The position numbers and the translations under genes were made by a program. The notes beneath the pieces are model-generated. The model saw only the letters and a list, made by a program, of their open reading frames with translations, searched no databases and was not told the DNA's origin. Of a stretch of DNA of 64,000 nt, positions 39,162 to 48,411 are shown one piece after another. Source of the stretch: Minisyncoccota bacterium (GTDB taxonomy: Bacteria; Patescibacteriota; Minisyncoccia; Minisyncoccales; JAQTVQ01); contig JBBABZ010000003.1 of assembly GCA_041657385.1 (NCBI GenBank), positions 8,820 to 72,819 of the forward strand. The letters run 5' to 3'. Numbering within the stretch: position 1 is the first letter of the stretch; every line of letters starts with the position of its first letter.

Positions 39162-40953
39162 AAATTTCAGTATCATCTCCCATATAGACCACGGCAAATC
39201 CACTTTAGGAGACCGGCTTTTGGATATGACCGGAACGATCGCCAAAAACAAGCTGACCCCGCAATTTTTAGACTCGATGGATCTGGAAAAAGAAAAAGGC
39301 ATCACTATAAAAATGAAGCCTGTTTCAATGAAATACAGGCCGAAAAATTCGGATATAGAATACAATCTTAATTTGATCGATACCCCCGGCCACGTGGATT
39401 TTTCTTACGAAGTTTCCAGGTGCATGGCTGCCGTAGAGGGAGCCATACTTTTAGTTGACGCTACCAAAGGCATCCAGGCTCAGACTCTTTCCAATTTGGA
39501 AATGGCCAGAAAGGAGGGAATTACCATTATCCCAGTGGTCAACAAAATCGATCTGCCTCAAGCCAGAGTAGAAGAAACAAAAAAAGAATTAGCTAGCCTT
39601 CTAGGAATTTTTGAAGAGGATGTGATCCCGATCTCGGCAAAGACCGGAGAAAATGTTGAATTTCTTTTGGAAAAAGTTATCGCCAATGTTCCAGCGCCGG
39701 AACTGGCTCCGGAAAAACCTTTTCGCGCCGTTATTTTTGATTCCAAATTCGATGCTTTTTTGGGAGTTTTGGCTTATGTCAGGGTGGTTGACGGAAGTAT
39801 CAAGAAATACGATAAATTTTTCCTTTACGCTACCAAGGCTAGGGGAGAAGTCAAAGAACTAGGCTTTTTTAAACCTAATTTGGTCCCGGCAGAAGAACTG
39901 AATTCCGGTGAGATCGGTTATATCGCTACCGGAATTAAGGAGCTGGAAAAGATCAGCATTGGAGACACAATAGCAAGAGATTACGGTCCTGATGAAGTTG
40001 CTATCACTGTTGAGCCGCTGCCCGGCTATCAGCAGGCCAACCCTAAAGTATTTGTTTTCATCTGCCCAGAGAACCAGGCTGATTTTGAGTTATTGCGTAT
40101 TGCTTTATCAAAACTCAAACTTAGCGATTCTGCCTTGTTTTTCCAGCCCCAGACTTATCAGGTTTTGGGCCGGGGATTTTTATGCGGATTTTTAGGAACA
40201 CTGCACGGCGAAATTACTATTGAACGATTGAAAAGGGAATTCAATTTGAGCCTGGTCATCGGCGCACCGCAAGTTTGCTATAAGGTGATTGAATTTAATG
40301 GCAAAGAATCCCTGATCTTCAGCCCGAGCGAATTTCCCGAAACTCCGAAAACGGTCTTGGAGCCTTGGGCGGAAATAAAGATCATCACGCCCACCCAGTA
40401 TTTAGGCAATATTTACGATCTTTTAAAAAGTTTTGAGGGAGAGCATCTTGATTCTGTTTCTTTTTTGGGAGAGAAGTTTCTTTTGACCTATAACATTCCG
40501 ATGCGAAATTTGATAGGCAGTTTTTATGAAAGGCTTTTAAACACCAGCCAAGGATTCGCTTCTTTGTCTTATAAGGAAATAGGGTTTCGTCCGGGAGAAC
40601 TTGCAAAAATGGAAATTTTGATCTCCGGTAAAAAAGAGGAAGCTCTTTCGCGCATTGTGCCTAAAGATAAAGCTCATTTTGAAGGCAAAAGGATGGTAGA
40701 GATGCTTGAGGATGTTTTGCCTCCCCAGATGTTCGCCGTTTCCATCCAAGCGTGTTCTATGGGCCGTATCGTAGCTAGGGCAGACAAGAGTGCTAAGCGC
40801 AGGGATGTGATCGCTCCTTTATATGGCGGCGACTATACCCGTAAGAAAAAGCTTTTAGAACAGCAAAAGAAAGGAAAAGAAAAGTTGAAAGCCAGAGGGC
40901 AAATGAGGATCCCGCCGGAAGTATTTGTTAAGATATTTACTTCTTCCAACTAA
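39139..40953 (+). CDS. lepA: elongation factor 4 (LepA)
   Basis: RNFSIISHIDHGKSTL, DTPGHVDF, NKID, LepA-specific C-terminal domain. Confidence 0.97.
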   Translation: MESPKQIRNFSIISHIDHGKSTLGDRLLDMTGTIAKNKLTPQFLDSMDLEKEKGITIKMKPVSMKYRPKNSDIEYNLNLIDTPGHVDFSYEVSRCMAAVEGAILLVDATKGIQAQTLSNLEMARKEGITIIPVVNKIDLPQARVEETKKELASLLGIFEEDVIPISAKTGENVEFLLEKVIANVPAPELAPEKPFRAVIFDSKFDAFLGVLAYVRVVDGSIKKYDKFFLYATKARGEVKELGFFKPNLVPAEELNSGEIGYIATGIKELEKISIGDTIARDYGPDEVAITVEPLPGYQQANPKVFVFICPENQADFELLRIALSKLKLSDSALFFQPQTYQVLGRGFLCGFLGTLHGEITIERLKREFNLSLVIGAPQVCYKVIEFNGKESLIFSPSEFPETPKTVLEPWAEIKIITPTQYLGNIYDLLKSFEGEHLDSVSFLGEKFLLTYNIPMRNLIGSFYERLLNTSQGFASLSYKEIGFRPGELAKMEILISGKKEEALSRIVPKDKAHFEGKRMVEMLEDVLPPQMFAVSIQACSMGRIVARADKSAKRRDVIAPLYGGDYTRKKKLLEQQKKGKEKLKARGQMRIPPEVFVKIFTSSN

Positions 40954-41017
40954 ATAAAATTAAAGCACAAAAACCTCTTTTTAAAGAGGTCCGTCAAATA
41001 TCCCCAAAGACCCTTTT

Positions 41018-41125
41018 TTAGAAGGCGGGAGCAATCAAGCTTAGGATAGTAGAGATCGCGATCAGTACGACCAGAACGATCCAGATGATCCTAAAATTTC
41101 TTTTTGACTTTTTATCGCTTAACAT
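41018..41125 (-). CDS. hypothetical 35-aa hydrophobic peptide (MLSDKKSKRNFRIIWIVLVVLIAISTILSLIAPAF)
   Basis: Found by hand. Convergent with lepA. Followed on its own strand by hairpin CCTCTTT/AAGAGG (40974-40989) plus a T-run. One predicted TM helix. Confidence 0.3.
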   Translation of the reverse strand: MLSDKKSKRNFRIIWIVLVVLIAISTILSLIAPAF

Positions 41126-41134
41126 ATCGGCTGT

Positions 41135-41551
41135 ATGATAGCAAAAAAATCAAAAATTAAAAAGAGGTTTTTTTCACCTGACAGGAGAAGCCTTTTTTTA
41201 TCAATTTTGCTTTTGTTTCCGATAATCTATCTTGCTATCACTAATTTAAATCTAAATCAGGAGAGGCAGAAGATCATGGCCGAGATGGAGCAGGCAAAAG
41301 CAGCAGTCTCTGAATCAGCCGAGAAGGAAAATCATTTAAACAATTTATTAAGCCAAGTTTCCAGCCCCCAAGCCCTGGAGAAAGTGGCCCGCGAAGACCT
41401 GAACTTGCAAAAGCCGGGAGAAAAGATATTGGTAATTAAAAGAGAAGGCGAAGATCAAAACCAAAATACCACTTCATCCCAAAAAGAAAAGCCTGGCTTT
41501 TCTTTCCAAAATATAATAAATTGGGTAAAAGAAAAGCTGGGAATAAAGTAG
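41135..41551 (+). CDS. septum formation initiator family protein (FtsB/DivIC-like)
   Basis: N-terminal TM helix, coiled coil, and C-terminal ALEKVAREDLNLQKPGEKILVI motif typical of DivIC/FtsB. Confidence 0.65.
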   Translation: MIAKKSKIKKRFFSPDRRSLFLSILLLFPIIYLAITNLNLNQERQKIMAEMEQAKAAVSESAEKENHLNNLLSQVSSPQALEKVAREDLNLQKPGEKILVIKREGEDQNQNTTSSQKEKPGFSFQNIINWVKEKLGIK

Positions 41552-41666
41552 AGAGGCAGGCGGGCTTTGCCCCGCCGAAGCCGAGCCATCAAAAAAGATA
41601 TAGTTTGGGATAAAAAGAAAGACTATGCCCGCCTTCGCTCCTTTCAGGAGCTACGGCGAGGCGAAG

Positions 41667-41738
41667 GCGGGTGTCGTATAACGGCTATTATGGTTCCTTC
41701 CCAAGGAACAGACGGCGGTCCGACTCCGCTCACCCGCT
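41667..41738 (+). tRNA. tRNA-like element, possible tRNA-Gly(CCC) or pseudo-tRNA abutting recombinase 3' end
   Basis: Acceptor GCGGGTG/CACCCGC, perfect anticodon arm GTTCC-TTCCCAA-GGAAC (U33, CCC, A37), T-arm GGCGG-TCCGACT-CCGCT (T-loop has C55), weak D-arm. It competes with an alternative 11-bp hairpin (GCCCGCCTTCGC/GCGAAGGCGGG). No CCA encoded. Confidence 0.3.
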
Positions 41739-43190
41739 CATAGAGATAAACTCGTGTTTTTTAGACGACAGCGACCACGGTTTTTGCAATGAAATAATGG
41801 GTTTTTGGCCGGCAATAAGGTAGTCCGAGCCGATCTTTTTCAGGAAGTCCCGTTTTCCCTCCAAATTTTCGCTTTCCGCGATGGAATTGGCTTGAAATGC
41901 CTGCAAAATCCACTCTTTGAAGAGTCCGAGCCGAACATTTCCCTTTCGTCCAAAATTTTCTAGCTCCTCGTTAATTTCAACCTTGCGGTTGAGCAGTTTT
42001 TGTTTTTTGGCGACGTACTCTTCGCGGCTGATTGCTTGGTCTAAATAAGAGTCCAAGAGCCTGTTCAGTTTTGCCTCGACGGTTCTTAGTTCGGCTTTTA
42101 AATTTTGGGCGGAAGCGTTGGCGGTAGTGGAAAGCTCTTTGTGATCTTTTTCCCATCGTTTGAGAAAATTATCTTTCCACTCCGCGTTTAAAGCAACTTT
42201 TTGAAAAAGCTTATTCAGCTGTTGTTTTAATTTTTGCTCGCCGATATATTTTTGGCTGCAAACTCTGTTTTTCTTGGTACAGCGATAATAGGTGTAGGCT
42301 TTGCCAGAAGGTTTAACTCTGGTTTCAGCGGTGATCTGGCGGCCGCACTCGCCGCATTTAAACACTCCTCGGAAAGTGTAGGGTTTTAAACTTTTTGCCT
42401 GCGGCTTGCCGTGCTCCCGCATTATGCGCTGCACTTTTTCAAAAAGTTGCTTGGAAATGATCGGCTCGTGATTGCCTTGATATATTTCTCCTTTGAATCG
42501 GAACAGGCCATAGTAAAATGGATTTTTGAGCACATCCTGCAGCTTAGAGAGAGCGATGGCTTTCTTTTTCCTCTGTCCAACTAACCCGAGAGAAAAAGAC
42601 AATTTTTGTAAATTTTCTAAAGTATATTTTCCCGTAGCGTATGCCTCGAAAATTTTTTTAATGATTTCCGCCCTTTGAGGATCTTTAATGATCGTATGAT
42701 GGCGCAATTCATTTAAATATCCGACAGGAGCATAAGCCGGATATTCGCCATTTTTCAATTTTTGCCTTAACCCGCGTTTTACATTCTCGCTCAAATTATC
42801 AATGTAGTATTTTGACTGGCCGAAAGCGATATTAAGCATAAACTTTCCCTGCGGTGTCGGCTCAAACCAGAAAGTAGGGAATTTTAAGCCTTCGATTTTT
42901 CCGGTATCTACGAGATAGATGATCTTCCCTCCGTCAACACTGTTGCGCGCCAGCCTATCGGGATGCCAGCTTAAAATTCCAAAAGGCCCGCCAGATTCTA
43001 TCCTTGCGATCATTTGGTTGAATATGGGCCTGCCCGGAACCTTGGCGGTCTTTGCTTCGATGAATTGATCGGCGATTTCCAGTCCTTCCTTGGCGGCAAA
43101 TTCTTTTAATTCCATCAGCTGGGCTTCAATGCTCAAGACTTGGCGTTCTTCTTCGTCCGTGGATTTTCGAGCGTATAAAAAATATTTCAT
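41730..43190 (-). CDS. large serine recombinase (resolvase N-domain + recombinase domain + zinc ribbon + coiled coil)
   Basis: N-terminus MKYFLYARKSTDEEERQVLSIEAQ (catalytic Ser region), Cys cluster CGECGR...YYRC, C-terminal coiled coil. 486 aa. Confidence 0.9.
   Translation of the reverse strand: MKYFLYARKSTDEEERQVLSIEAQLMELKEFAAKEGLEIADQFIEAKTAKVPGRPIFNQMIARIESGGPFGILSWHPDRLARNSVDGGKIIYLVDTGKIEGLKFPTFWFEPTPQGKFMLNIAFGQSKYYIDNLSENVKRGLRQKLKNGEYPAYAPVGYLNELRHHTIIKDPQRAEIIKKIFEAYATGKYTLENLQKLSFSLGLVGQRKKKAIALSKLQDVLKNPFYYGLFRFKGEIYQGNHEPIISKQLFEKVQRIMREHGKPQAKSLKPYTFRGVFKCGECGRQITAETRVKPSGKAYTYYRCTKKNRVCSQKYIGEQKLKQQLNKLFQKVALNAEWKDNFLKRWEKDHKELSTTANASAQNLKAELRTVEAKLNRLLDSYLDQAISREEYVAKKQKLLNRKVEINEELENFGRKGNVRLGLFKEWILQAFQANSIAESENLEGKRDFLKKIGSDYLIAGQKPIISLQKPWSLSSKKHEFISMSG
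41735..41791. repeat. inverted repeat arm (57 bp, perfect) inside recombinase-1 3' coding end; partner at 43312..43368
   Basis: cgctcatagagataaactcgtgttttttagacgacagcgaccacggtttttgcaatg is the exact reverse complement of 43312..43368. Confidence 0.85.
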
Positions 43191-43311
43191 ATTCCTTTTA
43201 AGAATAAAAAATTAATTTGGCTTGGTGAAAATTTGGAGGGAAAAAATCGTCTTTCGTTTTCAATAAAAACATAATCGGACTTCCATATCGTCGGCCAAAA
43301 ACCTATTATTC

Positions 43312-43368
43312 CATTGCAAAAACCGTGGTCGCTGTCGTCTAAAAAACACGAGTTTATCTCTATGAGCG
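43312..43368. repeat. inverted repeat arm upstream of recombinase-1 start; partner of 41735..41791
   Basis: Exact reverse complement of 41735..41791. Explains spurious ORF 43187..43468. Confidence 0.85.
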
Positions 43369-43466
43369 ATTTATATGAAAAAGTTCGGACTTTCTTCCTT
43401 AACGGGGAGGACTGAAAAGCTGTCTTTTTTCTGTTGTATCTTTTTTGGTTAAAAGGCGCAAATCCC

Positions 43467-43602
43467 ACCCCGACTATTGCTCGTCAGCCCGGGTTTAGCC
43501 TTAAACCCAGTCTTCCTCGCAGACCGCGGCCCTGCTCGGGCAGGTCCGCTCGGATTGGGCCGCCAGCCAACGCATTTTAGCCGCAGGTGGGGGTAAAAAG
43601 GG
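43467..43602. repeat. ~133-bp inverted repeat (left copy) flanking the 17-kb cargo; partner at 60889..61021
   Basis: Reverse complement ~90% identical to 60889..61021. A diverged direct copy lies at ~62786..62930. Confidence 0.8.
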
Positions 43603-43763
43603 GGCTAAAATATAATATAAATCGAAGCCGATAGGCTTCGCCAAAAAATTGAAATAAAGTCGAAAAAGAGCTATCTTGAATAAAAATATAGCTTATTTAT
43701 CTTTGATTAAATTAGCCTAAAAATCAGAAAGGAGCGGCGTTGATGATTTAACAAAACAAAAAC

Positions 43764-45215
43764 ATGTTTGAACAATCATTTAAAAATATAGACAATATTC
43801 TTCATACTGATTCCGGTTGCGCAACAGAGCTTGATTATGTTGAACAAACTTCGTGGATCCTTTTTTTGAAATATCTTGATGATTTGGAAGATACTAAAAA
43901 AACTGAAGCGGCGCTGGCCGGAAAAAAATATGAATATATCTTGTCGCCGGAATATCGTTGGAATGTTTGGGCTTGTCCAAAGAATGGCGGCGGTAAACTG
44001 GACCACGGCAAAGCGTTGGACGGAGATGATCTTAGAGATTTTGTAAATCAAAATCTTTTTTCATATCTTAAAAAATTTAAAGCCGATGAACCGAATACCA
44101 TTGAGTATAAAATCGGAGAAATTTTTTCCGAATTAAAAAATAAAATTTCCAGCGGTTATAAGATGCGGGAAATTTTGAATATTGTTGATGGAATGCATTT
44201 TCGTCTTTACGAAGAGAAACACGAGCTTTCGCATCTCTACGAAGCCAAAATTAAGAATATGGGCAACGCCGGACGAAACGGCGGCGAATATTACACGCCA
44301 CGGCCGCTTATTAAAACCATTGTCAAAGTGGTCGCGCCAAAAATTGGCGACAAGATCTATGACGGAGCTTGCGGCAGCGCGGGATTTTTAGTGGAAGCTT
44401 ATAAATATCTTACAGAGAACCAATCCAAGCTTTCTTCAAGCCAGATGTCGACGCTTCAAAATAAATCGTTTTACGGCAAAGAAATAAAATCCCTCGCTTA
44501 CATCATCGGCATCATGAATATGATCCTGCACGGCATTGAAGCGCCAAATATCAGGCATATGAATACGCTGGCCGAAAACATCAATGACATCCAGGAAAAA
44601 GATCGTTTTGATGTTATTCTGGCAAATCCTCCTTTCGGCGCGGGTATTGGCCGAGAAATTCAGCAAAATTTTCCAATCAAGACCGGCGAAACAGCGTTTC
44701 TTTTTCTGCAACATTTCATCAAAATTCTCAAAGCTGGAGGTAAGGCAGGAATCGTTATTAAAAATACCTTTCTTTCCAACACCGATAATGCCTCGGTGTC
44801 TTTGCGAAAATTGCTTTTAGAAAATTGCAATTTACATACCGTTCTTGACTTACCAGGGGGTGTCTTTGCTGGCGCAGGCGTGAAAACCGTTGTTTTGTTT
44901 TTTGAAAAGGGTGCGCCAACAAAAAAAGTTTGGTTTTACCAGCTCAATCTTAGCCGCAATCTTGGTAAGGGCAGCCCTCTAAAAGAAGCGGATCTGGCGG
45001 AATTTGTGGAGCTACAAAAGACCAAGGCGGATAGTGAGAGCTCGTGGAGCGTTGACACTAAAGATATTGATCAAAATACTTTTGATTTGTCGGTAAAGAA
45101 TCCGACCAAGAGCAATGAAGTGATTTTGCGTGAGCCGAAAGAGATTTTGGATGAGATGAACAAATTAGATAAAGATAGTAGTGAAATTTTGAATAACATT
45201 AAAAGATTTTTATAA
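43764..45215 (+). CDS. hsdM: type I restriction-modification system methyltransferase subunit (HsdM, N6-adenine)
   Basis: 483 aa with HsdM N-domain, SAM motif (DGACGSAGFL) and catalytic NPPFG. Confidence 0.9.
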   Translation: MFEQSFKNIDNILHTDSGCATELDYVEQTSWILFLKYLDDLEDTKKTEAALAGKKYEYILSPEYRWNVWACPKNGGGKLDHGKALDGDDLRDFVNQNLFSYLKKFKADEPNTIEYKIGEIFSELKNKISSGYKMREILNIVDGMHFRLYEEKHELSHLYEAKIKNMGNAGRNGGEYYTPRPLIKTIVKVVAPKIGDKIYDGACGSAGFLVEAYKYLTENQSKLSSSQMSTLQNKSFYGKEIKSLAYIIGIMNMILHGIEAPNIRHMNTLAENINDIQEKDRFDVILANPPFGAGIGREIQQNFPIKTGETAFLFLQHFIKILKAGGKAGIVIKNTFLSNTDNASVSLRKLLLENCNLHTVLDLPGGVFAGAGVKTVVLFFEKGAPTKKVWFYQLNLSRNLGKGSPLKEADLAEFVELQKTKADSESSWSVDTKDIDQNTFDLSVKNPTKSNEVILREPKEILDEMNKLDKDSSEILNNIKRFL

Positions 45216-45218
45216 AAT

Positions 45219-46499
45219 ATGGTTGACAGTGAACAAAAGATTAAGTGTCCTAAATGTGGAGAATCAATTTCAATTGATGATGTTCTAACGCACCAAATTG
45301 AAGAAAAAATTAAAAAGGATTTTGAGGTAACTCAAAAAATAAAAGAGGGAGAATTAGCTCAAAAATCAGAAGATTTAAAAAAACAGGCTGCGGAAATTGC
45401 CGAGAACAAAAAAGATATTGGTTCAATGGTGGCAAAACAAGTAGCCGAACAGATGGGGAAAGAAAGACTGGGGCTTTTTAAAGAAGCGAGAACGGAGGCG
45501 GAAAAAGAACAGAGCGCAAAAACCGTGCTTTTAGAAGAACAATTGAAGAGCAAGGATGAGAAATTGGCACAGGCAACAAAGAATGAAGTGGAGTTACGCA
45601 AAGACAAGATAAAGCTAGAGGAAGATAAGCAGGTATTTGAATTGGAAAAAATACGTCAATTGGAAGAATCAAAGAAGGCAATTATTGAAGAAGCAAACAA
45701 GAAAGCAACAGAAGAGCAACAATATGTTATTGCTCAACTGAAAAAACAGCTTACGGATGCAACAAAAGCCAAAGATGATTTGGCACGTAAACTCGAACAG
45801 GGTTCGCAACAAACACAAGGCGAGGTTTTGGAATTAGAGCTTGAAGAGATTTTGAAAACGGAATTTTCACAAGATGAAATAATCCCCGTACCCAAAGGAG
45901 TAAAGGGCGCTGATGTAATTCATAAAATCATAGATCGTTCCGGCCGTTTATGCGGGCAGATTGTTTGGGAATCGAAAAAGACAAAAGCGTGGAGTGAAGG
46001 CTGGATTCAAAAGCTTAAAGACGACCAAAGACTTATAAAGGCGGATGTGGCGGTAATTGTCTCAATAATATTGCCCGAAGGTGTAAAGGGTTTTGCCCTT
46101 AGAGATGGTGTTTTTGTTTGTGATGTAAAACTGGCAATCAATCTTGCCTCATTATTAAGATATGATTTGCTAAAAGTAGCCGAAGCAAACAGAGCATTGG
46201 CTGGGAAAGAAGAGAAAAAAGACGTGGTTTATGCATATGTAAATAGTACTGAATTTAAACAAAGAATCCAAGCCATTGCGGAAGCGTTTATTGAAATGAA
46301 GAACGATATAGATAAGGAGAAAAGATCATATCAAGCCATTTGGGCAAAGAGAGAAAAACAGGTGCAGCGAGTTATAGACAATACATTTGGAATTTATGGA
46401 GACCTAAAAGGGTTAACTGGTGGAACAATACAAGAAATTAAAATGTTGGAATTAGATGCTGGTGAAATTAGAGTAAATGAAGATGAAAAAAATATTTAA
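45219..46499 (+). CDS. DUF2130-like protein (N-terminal CPKCG zinc ribbon, long coiled coil, C-terminal globular domain) embedded in type I R-M locus
   Basis: KCPKCGESISIDD at the N-terminus, ~200 aa of K/E-rich heptads, and a conserved C-terminal domain. Sits between hsdM and hsdS. Confidence 0.55.
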   Translation: MVDSEQKIKCPKCGESISIDDVLTHQIEEKIKKDFEVTQKIKEGELAQKSEDLKKQAAEIAENKKDIGSMVAKQVAEQMGKERLGLFKEARTEAEKEQSAKTVLLEEQLKSKDEKLAQATKNEVELRKDKIKLEEDKQVFELEKIRQLEESKKAIIEEANKKATEEQQYVIAQLKKQLTDATKAKDDLARKLEQGSQQTQGEVLELELEEILKTEFSQDEIIPVPKGVKGADVIHKIIDRSGRLCGQIVWESKKTKAWSEGWIQKLKDDQRLIKADVAVIVSIILPEGVKGFALRDGVFVCDVKLAINLASLLRYDLLKVAEANRALAGKEEKKDVVYAYVNSTEFKQRIQAIAEAFIEMKNDIDKEKRSYQAIWAKREKQVQRVIDNTFGIYGDLKGLTGGTIQEIKMLELDAGEIRVNEDEKNI

Positions 46500-46517
46500 T
46501 TTTAAAAAAGAGTAATT

Positions 46518-48410
46518 GTGTTTTTATCTAAATTTACTATCTTAAATAATAAAAGTTGTAAAACCATTAATCTTGCTCCGTCAAAAACTGAACCGGAAGT
46601 TTTGATTGGTATTAATGATTGTGGTAAATCAACGATACTCAGATCATTAGATATTTTTTTTGATGAGAAAAAAAGCCTCTATTTTCTTCGAGAAGATCAA
46701 CAAAAAAGTGATTTGTCTAATTCCCCGCTCACTGCGCAAGAATTCAACCATGCAATAAGTGATTTTGGATATGCACCATTTTACAATTATTCAGGAAATG
46801 TTATCGGAATCTTATGTGAATTCGAATTAGAAGAAGCTGATAAAACAGATACCGAATTTCAGGACAGTGCAAAAAATCTGCATTTGAAATGGGCTATCGG
46901 TGATTCCAACAAAATCGTCATTTTGCGTATATTTCATGATAACGCTGTCGCGGGTCCAAACCTAAATGGATATTACTTATTAAATAATGATTACAAAAAA
47001 GATGATAATTTTCTTGAGGCTTGGAATAAAACAAAAGAAGTATTAAAAAAAATTCGTAAAGATTTAGCTATAGCTGATGCGGATGTAACTAATGAAAATG
47101 GCAAAGGACCTTTTAAAAATATTGAAGAAATAAGGGCTATTTATAAAAAAGTAGAAGTTGATTTGGAGCTATCATGGTTTTTATATAAGGACTTCTCAAA
47201 AGATAAAACATTTTTTCCAAGTTTTAAATATCTTGATTGGAATTTTTCCTTGAAAGATTTAGAGGATTTGGCCACCGAAGCCATGAATGAGGTAACAAGT
47301 CCGTTATTAGGAGAAATAAAAAGTTTAGCCTCAACAAAGCAAGTTGAAGCAATTGTGGGAGTAAACAAGAAATTTGAAGAATTGATGGGCAATCTAAAAG
47401 ATGAATTGCCTACAAGCATAAAAAAAATTAGTTCCTCTGTATTTTTTAATGTAAACCAAAAAATTACTGATATAAAATTAACGAAGGAGAATGTTGATGG
47501 GGAGGTGCATATTGATAATCAAGGTGACGGAATAAAAAGACAAATTTGGTTCGCGTTATTAAAATGGCGCAGTAAGCTGCCCGTAAGCGAGATAAAAAGA
47601 AACAAATATATTTGGTGTTTTGACGAGCCGGAAACACATTTGTATCCATCAGCGCAAAGACAGCTTTTTAGCACCTTCCGTGATATGTGCGAAAAAGAGT
47701 TCCAAGTATTATTAAGCACTCACTCCACAGTGTTTATTGATAGAACAAGGATAAACAATATTAACAAAGTCGTTTTAAATAATGGCTATTCCGTAATTAA
47801 TAAAACGGACGATATAGATGATATTTTTGATTGTTTGGGTTTGAAAAATAGCGATTTTCTATTTTTTGATAAATTTCTTGCCGTTGAAGGTCCGACCGAA
47901 TATGAACTAATCCCAAAGCTGTATAAACTAAAATTTGGTAAAACTTTAATTGAAGATGGAATTCAGTTGATAAATTTAAAAGGTAAATCGCAGTGTGAAA
48001 ACCATAAACAAATTTTGGAAGATATTTTGTCAAAATTTAAAAAAGCTGATGACAAGATTTATTATTTATTTGATGCTGATACCAAAGTTACTAGAGGAAC
48101 GAATGTTTGTGTAGTTGGAACAAATGACATAGAGGATTCTATCCCTAACAATATTTGGATTAAATTTGTTAAAGATAATTGTGATATTGATTTGACAGAG
48201 CAAATCTTAGATGACGAGATAAGAGCAAAATTAGACCCTCAAAAGAAATTTTATAAATTACTTCATGATTATATTGCAAATAATGTAGTCAATGATAAAT
48301 ATTTACCATCAAAAGGCAGTGATTCTGGATCAATATTAGCAGGATGCTTTACCAATAAAGAAGAAATACCAACGAGTATTAATGATTTTTTTGATTGTAT
48401 CAATTTGTAA
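46518..48410 (+). CDS. OLD-family (overcoming lysogenization defect) ABC-type ATPase + TOPRIM nuclease
   Basis: Walker A GINDCGKSTILRSL, Walker B/D-loop IWCFDEPETHLYPSAQRQL, H-motif LLSTHS, then TOPRIM (LAVEGPTEYELIP glutamate, YYLFDADTK DxD). Confidence 0.75.
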   Translation: MFLSKFTILNNKSCKTINLAPSKTEPEVLIGINDCGKSTILRSLDIFFDEKKSLYFLREDQQKSDLSNSPLTAQEFNHAISDFGYAPFYNYSGNVIGILCEFELEEADKTDTEFQDSAKNLHLKWAIGDSNKIVILRIFHDNAVAGPNLNGYYLLNNDYKKDDNFLEAWNKTKEVLKKIRKDLAIADADVTNENGKGPFKNIEEIRAIYKKVEVDLELSWFLYKDFSKDKTFFPSFKYLDWNFSLKDLEDLATEAMNEVTSPLLGEIKSLASTKQVEAIVGVNKKFEELMGNLKDELPTSIKKISSSVFFNVNQKITDIKLTKENVDGEVHIDNQGDGIKRQIWFALLKWRSKLPVSEIKRNKYIWCFDEPETHLYPSAQRQLFSTFRDMCEKEFQVLLSTHSTVFIDRTRINNINKVVLNNGYSVINKTDDIDDIFDCLGLKNSDFLFFDKFLAVEGPTEYELIPKLYKLKFGKTLIEDGIQLINLKGKSQCENHKQILEDILSKFKKADDKIYYLFDADTKVTRGTNVCVVGTNDIEDSIPNNIWIKFVKDNCDIDLTEQILDDEIRAKLDPQKKFYKLLHDYIANNVVNDKYLPSKGSDSGSILAGCFTNKEEIPTSINDFFDCINL

Positions 48411-48411
48411 T

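Noticed and set aside
43187-43468. 93-aa minus-strand ORF upstream of recombinase 1
   Set aside because: Translation of the inverted-repeat copy of the recombinase 3' end in a shifted frame. No independent support.
43440-43620. tmRNA or SRP RNA hypothesis for the conserved recombinase-flanking 133-bp element
   Set aside because: Lacks the SRP domain IV motif (GGUCCGGAAGGAAGCAGC) and a tmRNA tRNA-like 3' end / T-arm. Kept only as a repeat.
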